A stretch of DNA of 52,256 nt, filler included, from Trypethelium eluteriae (Eukaryota): NCBI GenBank assembly GCA_051942245.1. It is 2 parts of 2 records of this genome, joined end to end, with 100 filler letters (N's around TTAATTAATTAA, not from the genome) between each part and the next. Parts side by side here need not be neighbours in the genome. Positions count along the whole stretch, not along the records: positions 1 to 26,140 come from JAVECL010000360.1; 1 more part is not named here. One strand, given 5' to 3'. Below are positions 1 to 10,975 of this stretch, one piece after another; within the stretch, counting starts at the first letter, position 1; each line of letters opens with the position of its first letter. The position numbers and the translations under genes are program-made. Under the pieces are notes generated by a model that was given only the letters and a program-made list of their open reading frames with translations, did not search any database and was not told where the DNA came from.

Positions 1-999
1 CGGGCAGCGACCTCGCATTCGCACCATAGACGCATCTGCATCTTCTGGGAAGAGACGTTAGGTACCACATGGCTTCAAGTCGTTTCGCTCAAGGCCGATC
101 AATGACAGAAGGAGTTCGCATGTCCACGACTGGACTTCCCAACAATGGATCAGCGAAAGCATGTTCTCCTACAACAGTGAATAGAAGGCGATTGTGCTGC
201 CGAGAGTAGATGCACACATGATTCATGAAGCTCTGAAAAAAAAAAAAATAAAAAATAAACTGAGGGAGGTGGATTAAGTGACGCTCATTGAGAGTCGCGG
301 CAAAGCTTAAACTTGACAAGTCGATATCAAGGATGATTTGAAGATACATTGCCGGTAGCTCAGTCTTCGATCCCTGAAGTCAAAGTCCAGATATTTGGGC
401 ACTCACTCGTGGAATGGTCCAATCGCAACGTCGACCAATCTCGCTGCGCAACCGGACATAACCATGTAAGCTCTGCTCTGGGTCCCCTGTATCCATTGAC
501 AAAGCATCTGTTCCCGTCTGTATTACGCTCTCTCACAACACTACTGGTACAACAACAAGAAGACTGGCCAGTGAACCTACAGCAGTCGCAGAAAGACAGA
601 CCAGCATAACTGGTCCAGCAGATGCAAAGTCGTTCGGAAGAAGGATACCTCGGTGCCGACATGAACAGCATCCAACCATTCGGTGATTGTATGCTTAGGA
701 AGGGGAAGCCTAGTAACGAGGACAGAACAATACCTAGACGAGAATAATACTACTTGAGTGACTCTTCTAAGAGACTAAAAGCAAGGATATTCTCCATACC
801 TAATGAAAGGCATGCTATGATTGCTTTGGAAGGAAGTGAATGTAAGTATAAAGCCGTTTCCTGAGCATTGTGGAATCGTTTGCTCCAAGCTCAATACCAA
901 TGTTATGTTCAAACTCATTGTCCTAGCTTTGCGTGGATATCTGGCATTAGTCTGTGTACACTAAACCCTCAACGCCTCTTTCGTACCAACCTGTCAGAC

Positions 1000-2138
1000 C
1001 TAATCCGTCAAATCGAGTACAACTCTGCCTTGCAACTTTGCCTCGTGCATCTCCTTGAACACTTCCGTCAGCTTGTCCATCTTTTCCACGCGATGATGCG
1101 ACTTCACAAGACCCCTTGCCGCAAAATCTAGTGTCTCGATAGCCTCTCTCCTGTTTCCTACTGCTACCGCAATAATGCTTTGCTCTCGTGCAATCATAGT
1201 CTGTGGGAACGCCTTGGCAATAGCTTGTGGTTCGCCTTCTGGAATGCCTACGCAAACAAGCCGGCCTCCAAACCTAAGCAAATCCATGACCTGCGCATAA
1301 GCCGCGTTGGCAGCAGTCAAGACCAAAGCAACATGAGCACCAAAACCGCCAGTTATTTTCTTCACCTCTTGGTCTACTTTACCCTCGGTATGGTCAATGA
1401 AGTGTTCAGCGCCGGATTCCAGAACAAGCTGCTTCTTGTTACCGTGGTCGATACCAATGACTCGAAGAGCCATACCGCGAGCTGCAAGCTGGACCGCGAT
1501 ATGGCCAAGGCCACCTCCGGCACCTATACCAATTTCCATCAGCACGATCGCCGCCAATTCCGCACCAAAGTTCACTCACCCATAACAATAACCCACTGGC
1601 CAGCCTGCGCCCCACTCTTCTTCAACGCCGCATACGACGTCACCCCCGCACACAGCATCGGCGCCGCAGCAGCAGAATCCACACCATCCGGAATCGGGGT
1701 AACGTAGTTCGCCGGACCCAGCACATACTGCTGAAACGTACCCGGGGTATAATAGCCACTGATCTTCTGATTCAGACACACGCCATCATGCCCCTCAAGA
1801 CACGGCGGACAGTTGTCGCAGCGCGCGCTGATCCACTTGACGCCGACGCGATCTCCGACTTTCACCGCCGAGTTCTCGGTCCCTGGCCCCATCTTCACGA
1901 TCTTGCCCACGCCTTCGTGTCCGCCTACTTGCCCCTTCTGCGTCGGTGCTGGCAGTGCTGCCCAGCCGTTCGTCATGACGCCGAGGTCAGAGTGGCACAC
2001 GCCGGAGTGGGTGAGGTTGATGAGGACTTCGCCAGGGCCTGGTTCCGGGGTGGTGAGCTCTTCGATCTTGGTGGAGATGGTGCCTGGGTTGTCGTAGACG
2101 ACGGCTTTGTAGGTTCTGGGGATTTGGACTTCGGCCAT
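1000..2138 (-). CDS. ADH1: Zinc-dependent alcohol dehydrogenase (MDR family, ADH1-like), 2 exons
   Basis: Motifs GVCHSD, GGHEGVG, structural-Zn CDNCPPCLEGHDGVC, APMLCAG and GAGGGLG Rossmann loop. Intron 1524-1579 (GTGAGT...TAG) joins ORFs 1572..2138 and 1000..1575 in frame. Confidence 0.93.
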
Positions 2139-2851
2139 GGTGACGGTTGATGGAAGTGGCGGGAGCTGTGCAGGAAAGGAGTGGGTGTTGAGATGAGTTG
2201 GATGATGGAATTAGAGAATCGAGACAGAGATATGAAGAGGAAAGGAAGTGTGCAGATTGAAAAGTAGGAACGGGATCGGTCACCTAGCTTTGTATGCCAG
2301 ATAAATTGAGATCTTGCAGCCATGCATCCTCGGCATATCCTGTATGCATTCTAGCAGGCGCCTTCCCGCAGCGGGGTATGGTGGTATGCTATGCGACGGG
2401 ACCATACGATTGAGCGAAGGGGCACAGTGAGCTGGCGTCGCTGGGCTGCTTGATGATGTCGTCTCACGGTATCTGTCCAGGGTTCTATGTAGCCTTCAGG
2501 AACTTCCCGACGCACATGTCTTACTTTCTCAGGGTTTGAAGAGGCTTAGTATACCAGATCCAGAATGATTTGTTACCTTATGTTGCTATACCCTAGCCTA
2601 GGGGTTCGCTTGCCCCACCATGGCGGGGTCGTGGTTGCCAAGTGTGGAGTGCCACTGGTGCGTGCCCCAAACAGTAGTAGATCCGGTCCGAGAGACCTTG
2701 CGCCCCCCTGTCAACCATTCTGAGAGACGCTTAGGGTCTTAGCATATATCGCCGACCGGGCCTCTGGCCATTATTGGATCATGTTTCAGATGAGTTGAAA
2801 ATTTGAGCATACCTCGCCCGCAAATGAATTCAGAGAAACTTCTGTAAAGGG

Positions 2852-3896
2852 CTATATAGTCAGATAGCCACCGTCAACAGGTAGTGGAACGCCTGTAACC
2901 CAAGCTGCATCACCACTAGCGAGGAATACAGCTGCCTTGGCAACATCTTCAACATCGCCCATGCCGCCAAATGGGTGGGCATCGCTGATTTTCTTGAGTT
3001 CTTCCTCGTTGGATTGGAGGTTCTGCGTCATCGTGGTCCGGAGAACTGTGCTGAAGTCAGCAGGGTAACAAAAGGAAAATCAACCGACAGACTTACATCC
3101 TGGACAAAGAGCATTACAATGTATTCGCTTCGGTGCATAGTCAAGCGCAATCTGCTTTGTAAGCTGTACAACCGCGCCTTTGGCTGCGCAATATGAAGCT
3201 ATTGTCCTCGTTAGTTTGACTCGGTGCGCTCAACCGATGAGCTTCATCAGCCAATTTTCACTCACGCGTCCCATAATATCCCACTAGACCCTGTACACTC
3301 GCCGTATTCACGATCCACCCTCGATCTTTCTCATCTGACCGTAGCCCCTGACTCAGCATCTGCCTCACCCCATACTTACATCCCAGAAACACGCCTTTGG
3401 CATTCACCGCCATCGTACGATCCCAATCGTCCTCGCTCGTCTCATGCACTCCCGTCACTTTTGTATGCGTACTCTCGACACTGATCCCCGCATTATTCAC
3501 CACGATATCGAGCCGCCCGTACTCCTCCACGCACACTCGCACCGCGATCTCTGCGTCCTCCGCCCTCGTCATGTCGGCTTGCACAAAGCTTGCGCGGTGA
3601 CCCAAACGTCGGAGTTCGCGATGAGTCGGCTCGCCATCGGTGCGGTTGTGAAAGGAGTCCGCTTTCCCTGTGACAGGATCGACGGAATTGCGTGGGCCGG
3701 GATAGAGGTCCACGCAGCAGATGAAGGCGCCTTCGCGAGCATAGGCATGGCAGATGGCCCGGCCGAGGCCAGAGGAGGAACCTGTTATAAGGGCGACTTT
3801 GTCCTGGAGGCGGCCGATGTTCATGTTGGTCATGAGCTTAGAGCTAGTCCGATGCTCGAAGTAATAGGAGGGAATGTGGGTGCTTTGAGAGCTCAT
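2852..3896 (-). CDS. Short-chain dehydrogenase/reductase (classical SDR), 3 exons
   Basis: [12 protein letters not shown], catalytic YCAAK after splicing, C-terminal PVDGGY. Introns 3199-3265 and 3046-3096. The start may instead be the ATG at 3833. Confidence 0.9.
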
Positions 3897-4391
3897 GTGA
3901 GACCTGCTGGAAGGGTGGGTTGAGTCTTGCCTGAAGTGAATGAGAGGATTTTCAATTTGAATGGGTGAATGGAAAGAACAGAAAGCTATACGTCATTGTG
4001 CGTTAGAAAGTGGAACCTGCAGGCGGTGGTTTGTCTCGGTGCAATCAGTCCAAGATACAGTGGAAGATTCCGCAGGAAAAACTTGAAATCGAGGAAGTGA
4101 ACGATGGAGAGTAAAATGATTCAGTTAAGTACGAAATATCATTATCATAACCTGAAATGCATCATCAAAATCGTTCGTCTTAGATCCATCGTAATTCAAT
4201 TGTGCGTTTGTTCAGGAGTATGGTTGCTCCAGGGTATTGCCTCCTTCAAGCAAATTGTTGGAACTCCTTGCATCCGCCTCCGGGTCATTTGGTGGCATAG
4301 AACCATCGCATCCCTGGCAAAAGTCCAGTAGCTGGGGTGTTTCGACCCTTTCCACACCAGTCCATTTCTGAAAAAGTCTAATCCTCACCTC

Positions 4392-4784
4392 TCATGTCGT
4401 TGCATCCCCATTCGCGCTCGCAGCATTCGTCCCGCTCTCATTCTCCGCGTCTGGTGCTCCCTCCACCAACCTTAATGTCTCCTCTACGACCAACAAATCT
4501 CGCTCAATCATCTCCGCCCAGTTCTGTAGATCGCCGACCTCGTTTAGCTTCTTCGTGCTCGTGTCGACCAGCTTCTGCCACTGTGCGCTCTCCTTAGCCA
4601 ACGCCGTCGTCTGCTTCGCGAGCTCGGCTTCCTGCCGCGAGATGGCGTTCGCGTTGGCCTGCAGGTCCGCCGCGCGTGCTCGCATGTCGGCGTCGAGATT
4701 TGCGCCGACGGAGTTGAGGGACGCGGTCACTGCGGCGCGGGCTTCGGCCGTGCCGGCCGGTGGAGCTTGGGAGGCCTCAGGCAT
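4392..4784 (-). CDS. BLOC1S1: BLOC-1 complex subunit 1 (GCN5L1/BLOS1 family)
   Basis: Coiled-coil protein with the family signature LNEVGDLQNWAEMIERDLLVVEETL. Likely ATG at 4784 (MPEASQ). Confidence 0.85.
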   Translation of the reverse strand: MPEASQAPPAGTAEARAAVTASLNSVGANLDADMRARAADLQANANAISRQEAELAKQTTALAKESAQWQKLVDTSTKKLNEVGDLQNWAEMIERDLLVVEETLRLVEGAPDAENESGTNAASANGDATT

Positions 4785-6168
4785 GGTAGACGAAGGGGGG
4801 TGTGAGAGGAATGAGGGAATGGTGGGCGTCGGAAGAGGAGAGAGACGAACGAAGCGGAGCGGCTCGACAGGGTTCCGTCCCGTCCCTTCAACAATCCACG
4901 CTGCATAGAGTAGAGTACCTGAGTCTACCACAACCATAGCCGAATATATCGCGAACTCTTTGCATGGCAGTATTGCGTAGCTTCATCGTGTTCGTTCTGA
5001 TATCAGTCTTGGAGTACTGTGTGGTCTGGACATTCGTCCTTCAGCATCTCGCAAAGTCGGCCAACTTGCTTAGCAGCGCTTCCCCTGAAGGTATGTTTTT
5101 CCACTGTCTCGAGCTAAGAGGCATCGAAAGTTTCATGATACAGCTCTTTCCTTAAAACTTTGCTCCTAGTAAATCCGTGTACGTTCGTTCTTCGCCGTCC
5201 AGAGTCAGTCGATTTTGTCAAGACACAACAGTAATTGCTATTTCAAAGCGTCAACGATCGACGCAACAAGGTTTCAGCAAGTTTGTACCTTTTTTCAACC
5301 CCTCCTTGAATCTCGCTGATGGTGGCTGCAGTGTGCTCTTGCAGATTTCATCGGTCGCTTGATGCTTCGATTGCTGCGCCGCCTTGTTTCATCCTCCTTC
5401 ATAGTAGCCGCAGTGAGGCAAGGCCCGGATGTAGTTTGTATCTGACAAACAATGCGGACCCTAAGGAGCTTCGATTAACTTCCAGCTTTGATCTTGCGGC
5501 TATATGGACTTTCCTGAACCTTTCGATTAGAAAAATGTGGATTTGATTATCAGAGAGCTTACTAGAACAACTCGCTTGAATGTCATAAGATCAAATCATT
5601 CAAGTTTGACACTTGGTAGGAATGCATGATCTTGTTGTGTATAGTCTGCACTGTTGTTACCCAGTTGCTTCCAGAAATCGTTCTGAATGGCTGTCTGATC
5701 ACTGCTCAAACTAGAAACTTTTGGCTGGGTCAGGGTCTCAGGAAGAGAATTATAGAGATCAAGGACTATTGAATACTTTGAGGGCATCTGCTATGGATAC
5801 TTTTTCATCATTGATCTTTGTGTCCTTGGCCTTACACTCTTCCTTTTCTGGAAAAGAACATTCAGCAGGTACTTTGAATCGAGATTGCATGCGCTAGATC
5901 ACCAGCTAGATCACTTGATGTAACCGTAAGATTGGTCAGGACATCCATGGCTTAATCACAGCCCACCTGCTTATCAGAAATTAAGCGGCTTTACGCACCG
6001 ACCTTACTCCTTTTGTTTTCGACCCTCCTTCATTCTAGCTGGCCCTCTCCTGAAGGCGGAACCTCGAACTGACAGCTATCGAGCTTGTAGCCCATAAGGC
6101 ATAGGTAGGGCCGTTTGTCTTCATTCTGTAGCCCGCTTACACTCGTTTCTTAGTCCGAACGCTCAAAA

Positions 6169-7287
6169 ATGGCACCCACAACCTGCTGCGTCTGTAATGC
6201 TTCCACGACCAAGACCTCTGCTGAGTGTCATGCTGCACACTACTGCTCAAAGACTTGCCAGAAGAACGACTGGAAGACCCACAAAGTCTTATGTAAAGGC
6301 TTTGAAGCCTTGCAAAGGCGACCATCATCTAACCATCTCCTCGGCATATTTCTACCCGAGGATGAATCGTCCCCAAAACTAGTCTGGGTCAAATTTAAGG
6401 AATCGACTGGACTTCAGGAGCTCGAAAAGAAGACGTTCCTAGGAGATTCCGTCGTCAGTAGTATCACAATCACGCGTAACGAACGTCGAGGATTTGATTT
6501 GAAAGATGAAGTCGTCATCTACTACAACGACAACTTTCTAATAGATGGGTCAAGCCCAAACTAGTGTTACCACAAACTCCTTGGAGACGACTTGGAGAAT
6601 GACTGGAAGGGACCATTGCTGATTATGCGCTCACTGAGACTCGATGGGGAAGCCCATGGCGATGTGACTCTTTCAGATTTCCGTCACGGCATAGACTTCC
6701 TGTTGATCTATGGAAAGGAAGAGAAACTCTACCCAGCAGGCGACAATTCTCGTACGGGTACGTCTCTAGGTATCCGAGTTTCTCGCGCTGCCGGAACCCA
6801 TGATCCTCCGCTTTACAGACTTGAAAGCACTCGTGTGCCCTTCGACAATCTGGTCTTTCGAGAGCTCGTTGCCCCAGTCTCCGCTCTCTTCGAATTTCCA
6901 CTGCAAGCACGCACCATCTATGACGACCGCGTCCCCCCGATTAGACCTCTGACACATTCACCTGTCGCCTTTTTGTACTGCAACGTTGACGCAGAGAGTG
7001 CAGCATTTGGGTCTTTGATTGAAACGTTCTCATCATACGGCGACGACGTATTGGTGGTGCGAGAAGATGGCGAAGATCTGGATCCCATGAGCTTGGCGGC
7101 ACTATGTACCTTTGCGAAGGATCAACTATCTTCTCGGTTGGCCGGCGTGACTTTCAGCAATGATTTGGAGAGGGCGATAACCCTCATGTCTATTGCGCGG
7201 GGGAACTGGGAGCAATACTTTGAAAACTACCGCCACACAGCCACTCCTGATGGTCTAATACGCGGCTTGTACGGAGTACTTGAATGA
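6169..7287 (+). pseudogene. MYND-type zinc-finger protein interrupted by one in-frame TAG (6562-6564)
   Basis: N-terminal CxxC...xxxC...YCSxxCQxxDWKxHKxxC. ORFs 6169..6564 and 6592..7287 share a frame (offset 423 = 141 codons), and no usable intron spans the stop. Confidence 0.75.
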
Positions 7288-8796
7288 GCCCTCAATGAAA
7301 GGAGAACTGTTTGTGTGGTGAAGGTGACCGTGAGTCACCACCAATCCCCATCCAAATCAAGCACCCCCTGATGTAGTTTTAAATAGGAGAGAATATCAAG
7401 TCGATCGATCCTTACATGAGCGCTTTCTTTTACGGATTCACGGCCAGGATCGATACTACCCACTAGGGCAGATGGCAGGCGTAGCACAGCTAGGTCTAGA
7501 GGTGGTAGTCGCTACTCGCTAGGGCGAATTCAGAGGCAGGCTCATCCCTAGGTTCTAGGTGTATATACCTTCTAGCTTGTCCAGAGTTTAGAGAATCATC
7601 CATTTCATCTGATTCTTCACCACTCTCTTGCGCCTGGTAGTGGAAGGTGTGATCGTGATCAGATTTGCCTCCTCCTTAAGCAGTCCATGTGTAGAAGCTC
7701 AGGTCTATGGTCTTCATCTCATATGAGTCGCCGTTCATGTATGACATTGAGGTCTCATGTCTTCGCTTTGAAGTGCTTCAGCTAGGTTTTTTGGCCACCC
7801 AGAACAAAAAAGCACCCTGAATCTTCCTGCCGTCAGACGGCTGAAGAGCTTACTGGAGACATCCACGCTCATGGGCAGGTCAAACAGATCGATCCTGATT
7901 CGAAGCCATTATTCTTTCTCCGCCTTTCTCTTCTCTCCCCTCATTTCCTCTCATCCTACATCTTGCAAATTGCTACAGTCAATCCCGCGGTATACGCCTT
8001 CTAATCATCGCCAGGGGATCACCAAATATGTAGAAGACGTGTAGAAGTAAAGTAATTGCCTGTTCCAAAGCCGCCGTTCCTGGCTTGCAGACCGTCATGA
8101 CTAGATCATCATTAGTTGCTCGACCCTGCCGAAGGTCTTAGTGCTTACAAGCTTGTGTGCTTTCTTCTTCCATCATATCGCCTTCAACAAATCTCAAGAT
8201 GTCGCCGTGTCGAAGGATCTATGAGCATTGCTAGCTATGTATTACTGGACTAATTGTGCAGTGCGCGCTTCGAAAGAGGTTTGGAAATGTCAACAGACTT
8301 GTGTTGGCTGCGAAGGTATTGGAGCTGAATAAAGTGCTATAGAATCTTGAACATACAGCCGCGCACTAGATCAGATCTTCACGAGCCAATCAGGAGGCCC
8401 AGGGGCTCTTGCATGAATGCGTTTGCTCCTTGGTTTCCGCTACTGCGCATTACAGTCGTCACCGGCCTTCTTCCCTAAACATCTATGACAGCTGCCCGCA
8501 GACTCTTTATGTATACTACGAGGTTCTTGAATTGCCGCGAGACTGTATAATTGGCATTGGAAGCTTTCAAGGCTTTCTGGAAGACGCACTAGAACATTAT
8601 GGTCATACTTTTCCCGTGCGTATGCTTCCGTTTCTCAAATATTTAGCTTCACCGCATCGCTAACATAAAGGTCCAGAAGTCTCTTGTATGACTAAAAGGC
8701 TCACTATATGCACGAATTCAATAGTGTCCTTCAATGCGCGACCATTAATGGATTTCGTCTTAGAGCCTACCTCACTCCACCGTTCGGTTCGCCATG

Positions 8797-8806
8797 TCTA
8801 TAAAAG
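8797..8806 (+). promoter_or_regulatory. TATA box candidate upstream of the secreted-protein gene
   Basis: TCTATAAAAG about 160 nt before the ATG at 8963. Confidence 0.4.
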
Positions 8807-8962
8807 CGCCGTGTCCTATTCTCTGCCCTGACTCTAATCCTAAGGTCGACGACAATACACATTATTTATTCAGCGTTTTCGGGACTCCCGTTCCTGGCAC
8901 TCAACATCAGTCTCGTCTTTTTACCCTTGCGAACGCGAGTACACTCCAGTGTATTAGACAAG

Positions 8963-9397
8963 ATGCATTTACTATCCATACTTGCCTTTACTATTGGAGC
9001 AAGGTCCCTGTTCCTCAACAACCACTGCTCGTACGCGGCCTACTATGAGTACACAGGTCACAGCGGCATCCAAAAATTGAGCGCGTCAGCATCCACGACG
9101 TTCACCCTTCCTCCCACGGCCACACTCTCGGTCGGGATCTCCTCTACGCTTCCTGAAGCTCCACAGTTCCAGAGGAGTACTTCGGGAGACACTATCACTT
9201 ACGACATGTATACTGCCAACGGAGAACCTTTCTCCTCGATTATAGTGATAGCAGAGAATGCAAGTTGTATTGCTATTGCGTGTGGCCCTGGTCAGGCAGA
9301 CAATTGTATATCAAAAGTTGGTGGAACCTCACCGAAGTATACATGTCCCAATGCCGACGGAGTGTCCTTCAACTTGACATTATGTGGAAGTCTATGA
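8963..9397 (+). CDS. Small secreted cysteine-rich protein, BYS1/thaumatin-like
   Basis: Hydrophobic signal peptide (MHLLSILAFTIGA), then NNHC, YDMYxxNGxPF, CxxxxC and terminal LTLC; 6 Cys in 144 aa. The pattern resembles fungal BYS1-domain proteins. Confidence 0.65.
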   Translation: MHLLSILAFTIGARSLFLNNHCSYAAYYEYTGHSGIQKLSASASTTFTLPPTATLSVGISSTLPEAPQFQRSTSGDTITYDMYTANGEPFSSIIVIAENASCIAIACGPGQADNCISKVGGTSPKYTCPNADGVSFNLTLCGSL

Positions 9398-10036
9398 ATA
9401 CGAATCGCATGGTACATTTAATGCAGAGATTTGGTGTTATTCAACATAACAAAGAAAAGATTTCCCTTACTGCTACGATGGGGCATGGTTAAGAAGTCAT
9501 TCGAAAAAGGGGCAGTGGTGGTGGGATGATTAATTGGAGCCATGTTTGTCCAGCGATTACAAGAATCTGGTGGAAGAGTACAAGCGGCGTTGTTGAATCT
9601 GAGGAAACTGGACCGAATGGGTCCCTTTTGAGTCCCTAGTTTAGTTGGGGATCCGCGGCTCGTAGCACGATGCTGGTAAATGGGCTGAAAGTAATTGCAA
9701 AGCGAGAATTTCCTTTTCAAGATGGTCCAACACTTCGTTGAGATGGAATGATTGACAGATCTGATTCTATGAGATATCTGATGACAGGAAAGTCACTTCC
9801 AGGATTATTAGTTTACGAAGTCGCTTGTGTAATTAATGGTTTGAACAGTCATTGAAGTGTGTATTCTGGGTATCTCTAGCGAGTGAAAGAGAATAGACCC
9901 GTTGAAGCTTCTTGCTCATCATATCGAGGCATAACCATGTTCTTTCGAGTTATTCTTCTGATCCGCCCATCACCATGAAACCCTTAATGAGCAAGACCCG
10001 GATGAAGTTGCCCTCTCGTTAAAGTACCGTCGGTCC

Positions 10037-10734
10037 TTATGTTCGGAGGAAATCCACAATATGGCGGAAGTCTGAGAGGTTGATATCCTCGAACATTGTG
10101 GCGAAGACCCCTGCGACCTGCATGCATAGTACAGGACCACGCCACGGTTGGCCGGGTGAACCGTTCAATAACCCATTGACGGCGGCGTTGTTTTCACGGT
10201 GCACGAAAGTCTCGAGACGCCAAATGCTCGGGAGTGTATCTAATTCAAACCCGCGCGCCATATTCTTTTCGACGAGCACTCTGGTGAACCTTTCAGAGCC
10301 AAACCATTCTCCAAAGTTAGTTTCGGCGTCTGCTGATCCAAAGCCATCATCGTGATAGGGGGTATGAACCCACACGAGGGTTGGAACTTCCTTGTCGACA
10401 GCAAATAAGATACCAAGCCTATGGTCCTGAGACGGTCTTTCCGGCATAGTTTTCATAGCATGGCATAATGCCTTATGGGTCTTCCAGTCATCGTTCTGGC
10501 AGTCCTCCGAGCAGTATTTGGCGGATCCACACTCAGTGCAGGCATTAGACGTGGCATTGTTGCAGACGCAGCACTTAGAAATAATACCACTCTGATTGAT
10601 GTGCTCAGAGAGTGTTACGAACTGTAGAAGTACGTGTCAACAAGTAATGCCCACAGTTCTGCAGCGTCATTGAAAGTACTTACAGTGTCTGTATCCATGG
10701 TGATTTCCTCTTGAAAGTCGGAGGTCTGATCCAT
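10037..10734 (-). pseudogene. Second MYND-finger paralog, C-terminally truncated by TAA
   Basis: Reading upstream of ORF 10037..10456 gives KCCVCNNATSNACTECGSAKYCSEDCQNDDWKTHKALC. A probable intron ~10592-10683 links it to the ATG at 10734. It aligns by eye to the 6169 gene (LVWV, W[RK]GP, LSDFRH.DFL) and stops at DFLRT* where the paralog continues DFLLIYG. Confidence 0.7.
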
Positions 10735-10975
10735 TGCTCTGATGCGAAGTTGATCAGAGGGAAGATGGAGGAAACGAGGCGAAGAGTTTGGGCCGTGAGG
10801 TGGTAGACTAAGCGAGACTTGGGTGAGAAGCCGGTGTGCTCGAATCATGTGTTTCCATTCATGATCACCTCAGCATCAGTGTGTCACTAACACAAAAAGT
10901 GGAGCAGGTCAAGCAGTGAAGCAACTTCCTAAGTGTTCAAAGACAAATCCTGGAATAGGAACCCTATCATACACT

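Noticed and set aside
235..260. Poly-A tract as a retroelement tail
   Set aside because: No upstream element or target-site duplication seen; treated as a simple homopolymer.
4960..5800. Coding-like minus-strand stretch with many stops
   Set aside because: Possibly a decayed gene, but no recognisable motif supports a call.
7440..7960. CTAG/TAG-rich tract and fragmentary minus-strand frames
   Set aside because: Suggestive of RIP or decay, but I found no partner repeat or identifiable product.
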